A DNA stretch of 63,778 bases, filler included, from Chiloscyllium plagiosum (Eukaryota): NCBI RefSeq assembly GCF_004010195.1. It is 3 parts of one record of this genome, joined end to end, with 100 filler letters (N's around TTAATTAATTAA, not from the genome) between each part and the next. Parts side by side here need not be neighbours in the genome. Positions count along the whole stretch, not along the records: positions 1 to 30,702 come from NC_057717.1; positions 30,803 to 60,585 come from NC_057717.1; 1 more part is not named here. One strand, given 5' to 3'. Positions 25,020-36,800 of this stretch are shown in pieces. Position numbers and translations under genes: made by a program. Position 1 is the first letter of the stretch; every line of letters begins with the position of its first letter. The notes under the pieces are model-generated. The model saw only the letters and a program-made list of their open reading frames with translations, did not search any database and was not told the DNA's origin.

Positions 25020-25660
25020 AAGCGGATAGTGAAGAAACTGTTTGGTATGTTTTCATTTATTGGACAGATCATTAATTATAAGAGTTTGGAGGTCAGGTGG
25101 CAGCTGCACAGAACACTGGTTAGGGCACTTTTGGAATCTTGCATTCTGGTCTTTTTCCTATTGGATGGATGTTGTGAAACTTGAAAGTGTTAAGAAAAGA
25201 TTTACAAGGATGTTGCCAGGGTTAGACGATTTGAGCGAAAGGGAGAGGCTGCAACGACTGGGACTGTTTTCCCTGGAGCGTCAGAGGCTGAGGGGTGACA
25301 TTCTTGAGGTTTCTAAAATCATGAGGGGCATGGATAGGATAAACAGACAATGTCTTTTTCCTGGGGTGGGGGGTGGTCCTGAATTAGACGGCATAGGTTT
25401 AGAGACGAAAGACTTAAAAGGGACCTCAGGGGCAACCTTTTCACGCAGAGTGTGGTGTATGTATGGAATGTACTGCCAGAAGAAGTGGTGGAGGCTGGTA
25501 CCATTGCTGCATTCAAAAGACATCTGGATTGGTATATGATTAAACAGGGTTTAGTGGGATATGGGCCAAGTGCTGGTAGATGGGACGAGATTAAGAAAGG
25601 ATATCTGGTCGACGTGGACGAGTTGGACCAAAGGGTCCGTTTATGTGCTGTACGTCTCTA
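25020..25660 (+). mobile_element. CR1 LINE 3' end
   Basis: LHRTLVRALLE, KLESVKKRFTRMLPGL, RLGLFSLERQRLRGD, WNVLPEEVVEAGTIAAFKRHLD, then 3' tail. Confidence 0.93.
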
Positions 25661-26640
25661 GGACTCGCTGGCTCTAAATGTTTTCCACTGTTCATTTACA
25701 GATTGACATATCAGTCTGTTTCCCCTGTTTCCCTTGGTCAGTGCTCTCAATATCATGTAATTGGTTTTGTTACTGATGCTCGGTTGTGCTTTATGGTCAC
25801 TTTAAAATGTCATAATCTCTTTGAATTCCGGTATAATTTCCTGGAGAATATCGGTGTGATATTACTCATTCACTCAGCTTCATCACCCAACGGTCGACCT
25901 GAGATAGTTACATCCCTAGTTATTTGCCCAATGTGTTATTCAAAGAAACACTGACAAAAACATTCAAGGAGAATCTCTGATAATATCACACTTGCCAATG
26001 TGTCTGTCCCAGATTATACAAAGTTTGAAGTCTCCCAAAATTATCTCACCGCCTTTGCGACAAATTCTAATGAATTCCTGTTTAATGAAGGGATGAGCAG
26101 CGTAACAACTGTTCTCCTACTTGTGTTTTTGACACGTAGCACACAGAATTTGCATTCAGGATGATTCAGTTGCATCATCTGAAACCAAATGCTTTCTCTG
26201 TAATACCTTTTTTATCCATTACTATCAGGGTTCCCATTTTGCTTTTCCATTCTGCCTGAGATCCTGTAAGGTTGTTTACCGTTGAATATTTATGTTCCAC
26301 CTTTGTTCACCCTTTAATCACGTCTCTCTGCTGACTGAATCTCATTTATCTCGGTGTCACAAGACTATTACCTTATTGCAGATACTTTGGCAACTCCAAA
26401 AAATATATAATTTACGTTTTCCCACAATTTCCTATCACAATCCTATTCATTGATGTACATTTTTAATTCAACTCTGTCCCTTCCTGTCCCTTTCTGCTTG
26501 TCTTCAGCCACATCCCCATGCTGTTCCGAGGCTTCACATTTAGTCTTTGGATTTGTAAAGCTCCTTTCACCTGAACCCTTTCCCTGCATTTTCTCTGTCA
26601 GTTTAAAGCCCTGTGCATAAACCTACCTACATGATTAGCC
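25660..26640 (-). mobile_element. Highly decayed LINE endonuclease-region remnant
   Basis: Reverse strand has an IILGDF-like motif at ~26020-26045; otherwise weak. Confidence 0.4.
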
Positions 26641-26649
26641 AGGACACTC

Positions 26650-26860
26650 ATGGGATGTTGCTGTCACTGGCTGGTCAGCAGTTCATGCCGACCAACAGCT
26701 GCCCTCGAGCTTGCCAGACCATTTCAGAGGGCAGTTGAGAGCCAATTCCGTTACCCTAGGTCTGGATTCATATGTATGCCAGACTGAGAGCCTATAACAG
26801 ATTTCCTTCTTTATAGTATATTAAGTAGTCAGATGGGTATCCCTGACACCGGCATTAAAT
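26650..26860 (-). mobile_element. Old SINE-like repeat fragment
   Basis: ccatttcagagggcagttgagag...gtctggattcatatgtatgccagac is related, in inverted orientation, to 9550-9620. Confidence 0.45.
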
Positions 26861-27255
26861 TCTGGATGAAGAGTCTAGTGAGAGAAATACTCGGCCATTG
26901 CCTGGCCTACTGATTCCTCCCTCATCCCTGAGGACTGATCCCAGTGCATCATGAATCAACCCCTTCGTCCTGATTGTGGCTTGATCCTGATACCTTCCTG
27001 CACTCTGGTGATATCACTCAGGATCTCTCCATGTGGTATCCCTCACTGTGTGGGTCTAATTTTTGTCGGTGATTGCAGCTTTTGCAGCTACTCCAGATCC
27101 TGAGCCAACAGAATTCTCCACTCCAGAGAGACGCAGCAGCCAGGGATGGAGACTGTATTTACCAGTTCTCTGTGGGACTCAGTATTATACTCCATGTGTA
27201 ACCCTCACTGCGTCAGTCTGATTTACCATTCTGTCTGTTTCTCTGTCTCCTGTAG

Positions 27256-27383
27256 GTACTCAGTATATTTCTGACTCAGCAGAATTCCCAACTCCTATCT
27301 CGTCTATCATCACAGTGAAGATGGTTGGTCAGCCAGAGCGATGGAGAGTGAGATCTGGAGCCTTCAGTAAATCCTGCAGCGAG
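27256..27383 (+). other. Candidate orphan exon (128 nt)
   Basis: Strong acceptor ttctgtctgtttctctgtctcctgtAG| and donor GAG|GTAAGA. One frame is open (TQYISDSAEFPTPISSIITVKMVGQPERWRVRSGAFSKSCSE). No recognisable homology. Confidence 0.4.
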
Positions 27384-28274
27384 GTAAGATCACTTACAGT
27401 GATCAGAGCAGAGTGTATTTAAGGGATGGAACTTTGGTCCAGATAACATTGATACAGCATTGAAGGGTGAACACACGGCACGGTGGTCCCAGGATCAATC
27501 CCCACCCTCTTGTGAGAGGATTACTTTCAGCTCTACTGTACTGAGCCTTCCTGAGACAGCATCGGGAGTTCACAGTTAGTCATCCAGGCCTGTTCTATCT
27601 TCGTGAGCATCAGGAAACAGAGGGGAAAGCAGGCCTCCCTCAAGGAGTTAGTATTAAAACATGGGATTTTTCTGTTCTCTGCTCCCCATCTCTCACTGTC
27701 GCTTGTCATGTGATAGTGTCATACAGCAAGGAAACATACCTTTCAGCCCAACTCATATACACCAGCGTCTTGAATGCTTGTAATTCCCAGAAAATTTCCT
27801 ATTTCTGTAACCTCCACCCCTCCCATATTCCTGCTGTATATTTGAAAACTACTCCAACGTTGACGTCTCTCCCTATTTGTAAATTGCTCCCGTCTCAGTA
27901 GCATGTCCAATCTCAATAATATTATCGTGCACTCAGTACAATGATCCCGAATTCTGTAGTTTTATACAATACCTACAGTCCACCCTGTCTCTATAAAATC
28001 CTCCAGCCTGGACCAAAATATCCTTCTATGTACCTTCTTCAAGCCCCAAGAGAACATGATATGACTGTAACCTTCTGCAGGCCCGATCACACTCCTGCAT
28101 CCTGGCAGATATCACCACACGACCTCAGTAACCTTCTCCCATCCCTACCGAGCTCCTTATCTGGATAAACACCTCCAGATCCTTTTCCAGCCGCAACAGC
28201 ACTCCACATCTGTTTGCTCCTCCACTCCCTGCAGCCCTCCCAGCCCCTCAAACACTGTGTAATTCTGCAAATTA

Positions 28275-28595
28275 GGGCAGCACGGTGGCTCAGTGGTGAG
28301 CAATGGTGCCTCACAGCGCCAGGGACCCAGGTTTGATTCCAGCGTTGGGTGACTGTGTGGAATTTGCACATTCTCCCCGTGTCTGCGTAGGTTTCCTCTG
28401 CGTGCTCCGGTTTCCTCCCACAGTCCCACATCCCAAAGATGTGCAGGTCAGGTGAATTGGCTATTATAATTTGCCCACAGAGTTAGTTGCATTAATCAGA
28501 GGGAGATGTGTCTGGATAGGTTATTCTTCGGAGGGTTCGTGTGGATTTGTTCAGCCGAAGTGCCTGTTTCCATACTGTGGGACATCTAATGTAAA
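28275..28595 (+). mobile_element. tRNA-derived SINE (HE1/V-SINE type), near full length
   Basis: A box TGGCTCAGTGG (28286), B box GGTTTGATTCC (28330), body tttgcacattctccccgtgtctgcgt..ggtttcctcccacagtcc, and LINE-like tail gccgaagtgcctgtttcc. Confidence 0.92.
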
Positions 28596-29492
28596 CTCTC
28601 CCTCTGTGTTCCATATTACTGTCGCTAAAATAATTCCCTTATCCATAAACAGTCCCAAACCCCCCAAACCATCGAGTCTCTGTGAACTCCCACAGCTCCA
28701 ATATCTCTCCTTATCTTTGCAACTTCTTCCAGTCCTGAAAGCTTCTGAAAATGCGGAGATCTCACAATCATCCCTTTCTGCGTAATCCTCTCAGGTCCCT
28801 GTAGCACTCCCGAGCTGTCGAACCCACTCCCATGCTTGTGACTTTCTCAATCCATTTCCTACAAGATTCGCTATCTCTCTAACATCCTCCTGTCGCTATC
28901 ACCCATCCTGTCCCTGTAAGCTCCTCTAGTCTGTCCATCCATTTTGTCATCATCATAATCCTCTCCAGCTCTTACCCCCATCTATATCAACGTTACCCTC
29001 CCCTACAACCATCCCGAAAGCAGAAACCTCCTCCAGTGTGTGCAATGCACCCTGTGTTAGTGTCTCCAGGCTCTATTGCTGTTCCTGTTTCTGTAAGCTC
29101 TGGCAGACTGTCCAGCTTTCCGGTCCTTCCAGAACCTCAGAATCCGACAGCAGATGTCTTCATTCACTACACTCTTAAGTATCTCTGTTTGTCCCTCAAT
29201 TCTGTACAACTCTCTCAATCTCTAAATAACACAATTCCAAAAAAATAATCTGTCTGTGTAAACTGCCCCATCCAACACCGAGAAACCTTACTACACTTTT
29301 TATCACCTGTAGTCCCCTCAGATCACCCTGTATCATCCCTGACTCCATTGAATACAGCTCATGTTCTAACACCTCTAGCACATATGTTACTATTCATCTC
29401 TGTGATATTCTTCAGTTCCTGCAATTCTCGTTCTTTATCTCCACAGTTTCCAATCATCCCAGTCAATATAACGTTATCTATCCCCTGCTGAT

Positions 29493-29673
29493 TTGAAAAA
29501 TGTGGTGCTGCAAAAACACAGCAGGCCAGGCAGCATCCGAGGAATCCTGAAGAAGGGCTTATGCCCGAAACGTCGATTCTCCTGCTCATCGGATGCTGCC
29601 TGGCCTGCTTTGTTTTTCCAGCACCACATTTTTCAACTCTGGTCTCCAGCATCTGCCTTCCTCACTTTCTCCT
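29493..29673 (+). mobile_element. Penelope terminal repeat with 5' inverted partial copy (hairpin)
   Basis: 29493-29540 is the reverse complement of 29589-29636, apart from about three mismatches. The sequence is homologous to 8470-8560. Confidence 0.9.
29542..29579 (+). ncRNA. Minimal type I hammerhead ribozyme, all core elements intact
   Basis: Stem I GAATC/GATTC, CTGAAGA, stem II GGGC-ttat-GCCC, GAAAC, GTC cleavage triplet. Stem III is reduced to palindromic ACGT. Confidence 0.82.
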
Positions 29674-30539
29674 ATTGATCCCTTGCAGCATGTTTAATAC
29701 CTGTAGCAGCCTCAAACTCCTCAATGCATCCTGTCGCTGTAACCTCCTCAATTACTCCAGCTCACTGTCTTTTGTAATATCTTCCAGTATCTGCAAACCT
29801 CTCGATGTATGTAACCTCCTCCAGAACAGCACTCCTCATCTCTGTGTAACTGATGGGAATGCTGCAAACCTGCCTTCACAGCCCTCACTAAATCTCTGAC
29901 CTCCTGCAGCCCTATAACCCTCAGCATCTCTGGCTCCTCCAATCGCTACAATTCTCCCTGGCTGTGTAAATTCATCCAGCCCCTTCAACCCTCCCTATCT
30001 CACTCACTCCTGCAGCTCCAACTATTGTCCATGTCAATTTCGTCCCCAGCACCAACAATCCTGACATCTCTAGAAACTCCTGCAGCTCCAACTACCATCC
30101 CTACCTGTGTACTCTCCAGTCGCTACAACCGTCCCCATTTCTGTAAATCCTGCAGCTCCAACTACCATTCATATCTGTGTTATCTCCCGTCAGTTCAATC
30201 CTCCCTTCTCTGAAAAATCCTGCAGCTCCAACTGCCACCCCTATCTGTGTAATCTCTAGAACCTGTATTCCTCCCTATCAATGTGAATCGTTCCGGACTG
30301 ATTTCCCTGTACCTTTCCGTGACAACTTTCAGCCTGACAACCTTTCTGATCTCGAACCACCAACAGTTATTTCAAACACCGAACTCTGTAACATCCTCCA
30401 GTCTCTACAAACAAGCTTTTTTCATAAGTTTTCCGAGTGTCTGCATTCACCTTTCTATCCGGTTACAGATCCTCGCTCAGGGGAACCAACGTATCAGGAC
30501 CGAACCTGGAAGAACATAGGAGTCTTTGGTTATCAACAA

Positions 30540-30702
30540 ATTTGCCTCGTTTTCTAAATTCTAATGAGATAAAGTTCAACCTTCTCAATCTTTTCCTATC
30601 AATATCCCTCAATTATGAGGATCAGTCTGGTAAATCATATCAGGACTGCCTCCAATGCAAGAATATTTTCCCCCTAGATAGGGGACCAAACCTGTTCACA
30701 GT
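30540..30702 (-). mobile_element. CR1 LINE 3'-region fragment
   Basis: Reverse strand encodes CEQVWSPI.GENILALEAV, a CR1 C-terminal motif. Confidence 0.65.
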
Positions 30703-30802
30703 NNNNNNNNNNNNNNNNNNNNNNNNNNNNNNNNNNNNNNNNNNNNTTAATTAATTAANNNNNNNNNNNNNNNNNNNNNNNNNNNNNNNNNNNNNNNNNN
30801 NN
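30703..30802. other. Artificial scaffold-join spacer
   Basis: Exactly N44 + TTAATTAATTAA (stops in all six frames) + N44 = 100 nt. Confidence 0.97.
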
Positions 30803-33800
30803 CCGCCCCCATCCTGACCATCACCTCCGTCAACACACCGCCCCCAGCCTGACCCTCACCATCACCGACACACTATCCCCAAACTGACCCTCATCGACGT
30901 CAAACACACCACCCACATTCTGACCCTCACCGCAGTCCACCAACCGCACCCAGCCTGACCCCCACTACCGTCCACCAACCGCCCCGGCCTGAACCCCACC
31001 GCCGCCCAATACCGCCCCAGCCTGACCCTCACCGCCGCGCACATACTGCCCCTGACCAGACCCTCGCCACCGTCCACACGCCATCCCCAGCCGGACCCTC
31101 ACTGCCATCCACACACTGCACCCAGACTGATCCTCATTGCCATCCACAGACCGCAACCAGACTGACCCTCACTGCCGTCGTCACACCGCCGCTAGCTGGA
31201 CTCTCACTGCCGTCCACACACCGCCTCTAGATGGACCCTCACTGCCGTCCACACACCGCACTCAGCCTGACCCCCACTGCCGTCTACACTCTGCCCCCAG
31301 CCTGACTCCCACTCCTGTCCACACTCTGCACCCAGCCTGACCCTCACCGTCATCCACTCACCACCTCCAGCCTGATCCTCAACGCCGTCTACACACCGCA
31401 TCTAGCCTGACCCTCACCACCACCCACACAAGCCCGCCAGCCGAACTCTCACCGCCGCCCGCTCACCACCCCCAAAATGTCCCTCACTGCCGACCACACA
31501 CCGTACCTAGCTGACCATCACCACCGTCCACACACCGCATCCAGCCTGTCCCTCACCACCATCTAACACCTTCCCAGCCTGACCCTCACCGGCGCTCACA
31601 CACTGCCCCTACACTTATCCTCACCTCCATCCACACACGACCCCCAGCTTGCCCCTCATCGCCGACCACACACCGCACCCAGCTTGTCCCTCACCACCAT
31701 CCACACACCGCCGCCAGCTTGACTCTCACTGTCATCCACACACCGCCCCCAGCCTGACGTTCACCGCTGTCCACACACCGCCCGCAGCCTGACCCTCACT
31801 GCAATCCACACACCGCCCCCAGCCTGACCCTCACTGCCATCCACACGCCATCCCCAGACTGACTCTCATCACCATCCAGCACCGGCCCAGCCTGACCCCC
31901 ACCGTCGTCCACACACTGCCACCAGCCTGACCCTCATCATCGCCCACGCACTACCTCCAGAATGACCCTCTCTACCGCCCACACACCCGCCCCCAGCCTG
32001 ACGTACACCATCGCCCACACACCGCCCCTAGCCTTATCCTCACCGCCATCCACACACCACCCTCAGCCTGCCCCTCACCGCCAACCACACACCGTTCCTA
32101 GCTGACCCTCACCACCGCCCACACACCGCACCGAGCCTGACCCTCACCACATCCACACACTGCCCACAGCCTGACCCTCACTGCCATCCACATACCACCT
32201 GCAGTCTGACTCTCATCGCCGTTAACACGATGCCGCCAGCCTGACCTTCACCGCCATCTGCACACCACCCCAGCGTGACCCTTACCGCAGTTTACACACC
32301 ATCCCCAGCCTGACCCCCACCATCGCCCACGCACCATTCCCCAGACTGACCCTCATCCACCTCGAACACACCACTCACAGCCTGACACTCACTGCCATCC
32401 ACCAACTGCCCCCAGCCTGACGCCCACAGCCATCCAACACTGCCACAAACCTGACCCTCACCGCCGTCCAATACCGCACCAGCCTAACCCTCACCACTGA
32501 CCACACACTACCCCAAGCCTGAAAGTCACCACCGTCCACACGCCGTCCCCAGCCTGTCCCTCACTGCCATCCACACCCCGTCCCCAACCTGACACTCATC
32601 ACTGTCCACACAAAGCCCCCAGCCTGACCCTCACCATCATTCACACACCGACCCCAGACTGATCGTCACCACCATCCACACACCGCCACCAGCCTGACCC
32701 CCACTGTCGTTCACACAGAGGCCCCAACCTGAACCCCACCGCTGCCCAACACCACCGCCAACCTGAACCTCACCACCACCCACACACAGCCACCAGCCTG
32801 ACACCCATTGCCTTCAACACACCGCCCCCAGACAGACCCTCATTGATGTCGAACACAGCGCCTCCAGCCTGACCCTCACTGCAGTCCTCCGACCGCAGCC
32901 AGCCTGACCTTCACCACCGTCCACACGCCGCCACCAGCCTGACCCTCACCGCTGACCACCAACCGCCCCCATCCTGACCCTCACCACCATCCAATACCGC
33001 CCCAGCCTGACCCTCAACGCCGCCCACACACAGTCCTTAGCCTGACTCTCACCACTATCCCCACACCACCCGCAGCCTGACCCGCACCACCGCACTCACA
33101 CCGCCCACAGCCTGACCCTCACCATCATCCACACACCATCCCCAGACTGACCATCAATGCCGTCCTCACACCAATCCCAGCCTGAACTCTACCGCCATCC
33201 ACACACCGCCCCCAGCCTGACCCTCAACGCCATCCAACACTGACCCAGCATGACTCTCACCGCCATCCGCCCACCGCAACCACCCTGACCCTCACTACCA
33301 TCCACACACTGCACCCTGCCTGACCCTCACCTCTGTCTACACACAGCCCCCAGCCTGACCCTCATCGACGTCAAACACACCGTCCACAGCGTGACCCTCA
33401 CCGCCATCTACCACAGCCCCCAGCCTGACACCCACATCCCTCCACACACCACTCCCAGCCTGACCCTTACCACCGTCCACACACCGCCCCCAGCCTGACC
33501 TTCAACGCCATCCAACACTGACCCAAGCCTGACCCTCACTGCCGTCCAAACTCTGCCCCCAGCCTGACCCTCACAGCGGTCCACAGGTCGCCCCCAGCCT
33601 GAATCCCACTGCCATCCACACATCGCCCCCAGCCTGACCCCCACTGTCGTTCACACACAGCCCACTGTCGTTCACACACAGGCCCCAGCCTGACTGTACC
33701 CTCCAAACACACACCGCCCCCAGCCTGATCCCCACCTCTGCCAAACACCACTCCCAGCCTGAACCTCACCGCCACCCACATGCAGCCACCAGCCTGACAC

Positions 33801-36800
33801 CCATTGCCGTCAACACACCGCCCCCAGACAGACTCTCATTGATGTCGAACACAGCGCCTCCAGCCTGACCCTCACTGTAGTTCACCGACCGCAGCCAGCC
33901 TGACCTTCAACACCGTCCACACGTCGCCACCAGCCTGACCCTCACCGCTGACCACCAACCGCCCCCACCCTGACCCTCACCACCATCCAATACCGCCCCA
34001 GCCTGACCCTCAACGCTGCCCACACAGTCCTTAGCCTGATCCTCAGCGCTTTCCCACACCACCCGCAGCCTGACCCGCACCACCGCACACNNNNNNNNNN
34101 NNNNNNNNNNNNNNNNNNNNNNNNNNNNNNNNNNNNNNNNNNNNNNNNNNNNNNNNNNNNNNNNNNNNNNNNNNNNNNNNNNNNNNNNNNNNNNNNNNNN
34201 NNNNNNNNNNNNNNNNNNNNNNNNNNNNNNNNNNNNNNNNNNNNNNNNNNNNNNNNNNNNNNNNNNNNNNNNNNNNNNNNNNNNNNNNNNNNNNNNNNNN
34301 NNNNNNNNNNNNNNNNNNNNNNNNNNNNNNNNNNNNNNNNNNNNNNNNNNNNNNNNNNNNNNNNNNNNNNNNNNNNNNNNNNNNNNNNNNNNNNNNNNNN
34401 NNNNNNNNNNNNNNNNNNNNNNNNNNNNNNNNNNNNNNNNNNNNNNNNNNNNNNNNNNNNNNNNNNNNNNNNNNNNNNNNNNNNNNNNNNNNNNNNNNNN
34501 NNNNNNNNNNNNNNNNNNNNNNNNNNNNNNNNNNNNNNNNNNNNNNNNNNNNNNNNNNNNNNNNNNNNNNNNNNNNNNNNNNNNNNNNNNACACCACACA
34601 CAGCTTGACCCTCACCGTCATCCACCAACCTCCCCAGCCTGACCCCCACCACAGTCCAACATCGTCACAAGCCTGACCTTCACTGGCGCCCACACACCAT
34701 ACCCAGCCTTTCCATCACTGCCATCCACACAGCGCCCCCAGCCTGATGCTCAACATCGCCCACATACCGCCCCCATCCAGACCCTCACTGCCGTCCAAAC
34801 GCCGCCCCAGCCTGACCCTCACCACCTCCCACACACCGACCCCAAATTGACCGTCATCACCACCCACACAGCTCCCCGAGCCTGGCCACCACTGCCATCC
34901 ACTCTCTGCATCCAACCTGATCCCCACCAATGTCCACACACCACAACTAGCCTGACCCTCACTGCCGTCCACACACCAACACCAGTCTGACCCTCTCTGC
35001 TTTCTACGCACCATCGCCAGCCTCACCCTCACCACCGTCCACAAACTGCCCCAGCCTGAACCCCACCTCTGTCCACACATCGCCCCCAGCCTGACCCTCA
35101 CCGCCGTCCAACACCATCACCGGCCTCACCCTCATCACTGTCCACACACCGCCCCCAGCCTGACCCTCACAGCTGTCAACACTCCGCCCCCAGCCTGACC
35201 ATCACAGCCGTCCATACAATACCCCAGCCTGACCCTCACCTTCGTCCAAACAGCATCACCAGCCTGTCCCTCACCGCCGTCCACACACCGCCCCCAACTT
35301 GACCCGCACAATCATTCACGCATCGATCTCAGCCTGACAGCCCTCTCCGAACACACATCACNNNNNNNNNNNNNNNNNNNNNNNNNNNNNNNNNNNNNNN
35401 NNNNNNNNNNNNNNNNNNNNNNNNNNNNNNNNNNNNNNNNNNNNNNNNNNNNNNNNNNNNNNNNNNNNNNNNNNNNNNNNNNNNNNNNNNNNNNNNNNNN
35501 NNNNNNNNNNNNNNNNNNNNNNNNNNNNNNNNNNNNNNNNNNNNNNNNNNNNNNNNNNNNNNNNNNNNNNNNNNNNNNNNNNNNNNNNNNNNNNNNNNNN
35601 NNNNNNNNNNNNNNNNNNNNNNNNNNNNNNNNNNNNNNNNNNNNNNNNNNNNNNNNNNNNNNNNNNNNNNNNNNNNNNNNNNNNNNNNNNNNNNNNNNNN
35701 NNNNNNNNNNNNNNNNNNNNNNNNNNNNNNNNNNNNNNNNNNNNNNNNNNNNNNNNNNNNNNNNNNNNNNNNNNNNNNNNNNNNNNNNNNNNNNNNNNNN
35801 NNNNNNNNNNNNNNNNNNNNNNNNNNNNNNNNNCCAGCCTGACCCCCACCACAGTCCAACACTGCCATAAGCCTGACACTCACTGCCGTCCAATACTGCT
35901 CTAGCCTGACTCTCACTGCCGCCCACACACCGACCCTAGCCTTATCCTCGCAGACGTTCACACACCACCCCCATCCTGACCCTCACTGCCGTCCACACAC
36001 CGTCCACAGCCTGACTCTCACCGCCATCCAGCTACGCCCCAGTCTGACCCTCACCGCCGTCACATTCCTCCACCAACCTGACCATCACCGCCATCTACAC
36101 CCCGCCCCCAGCCTGAACTCACCACCATCTACACACCGCCCCCAACCTGACCCACACCACCATCCACCAACCACTCCCAGCCTGACCCTCACCGCTATCC
36201 ACCAACTGCCCCCAGCCTGACCCCCACCGCCATCCTACACTGCCACAAGCCTGACCCTCACCGCCGCCCACACATTACCCCTAGCCTTATCCTCACTGCC
36301 GTCCACACACCATCCCCAGCATGACCCTCACCGAGACGACACAAAATCCAGAGCCTGACCCTCACCACCGCCCACACACGGTCTCCAGCCTGACCCTCAC
36401 CACCATCAAGCTATGCCCCAGCCTGACCCTCACTGCCGTGCACACTCCGCCACCAACCTGACCATCACCGCAGTCCAAAACCGTCCAGAGTCTGATCCTC
36501 ACCGCCGTCCACACACCGCCCCCAGCCTGACCCTCACCGCCATCTACACACTGCCCCCAGCCTGACCCTCACTACCATCCACCAACCACCCCAAGCCTGT
36601 CCCTCACCGCCGTCCACACACTGCCCCCAGCCTGACCCTCACCGTCTTTCACACAACGACCTCAGCCTGACTGTCCCCTCTGCCCGACACCCAACAGCAC
36701 CCAACAACGCCCCAGCCTGAACCTCATCACCGCCCACACACCGCACACAGCCTGACCCTCACCGCTGTCTACATACTGCCCCCAGCCTGACACTCTCCAC

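Larger units (their letters stand above)
27780..30410. repeat. Old, degenerate C/T-rich tandem repeat field (ctccagcccctacaaccctccctatctctgtaac-like)
   Basis: Recurrent tgtaa(c/a)ctcctccagc / ctgcagctccaact / ccctatct motifs, interrupted by a SINE and a Penelope piece. Confidence 0.7.

Noticed and set aside
24520..25029. 169-aa proline-rich ORF
   Set aside because: Derives from a C-rich low-complexity tract between LINE fragments.
27311..27350. V(D)J recombination signal heptamer CACAGTG
   Set aside because: No ACAAAAACC-like nonamer at 12 or 23 nt spacing and no Ig/TCR segment nearby.
28275..28345. tRNA gene (also 4965-5036 on minus)
   Set aside because: A/B boxes run directly into a SINE body and tail; no complete cloverleaf.
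30747..30758. TTAATTAATTAA as a piggyBac site or regulatory motif
   Set aside because: Centred exactly in 88 Ns at two places; an assembly spacer.
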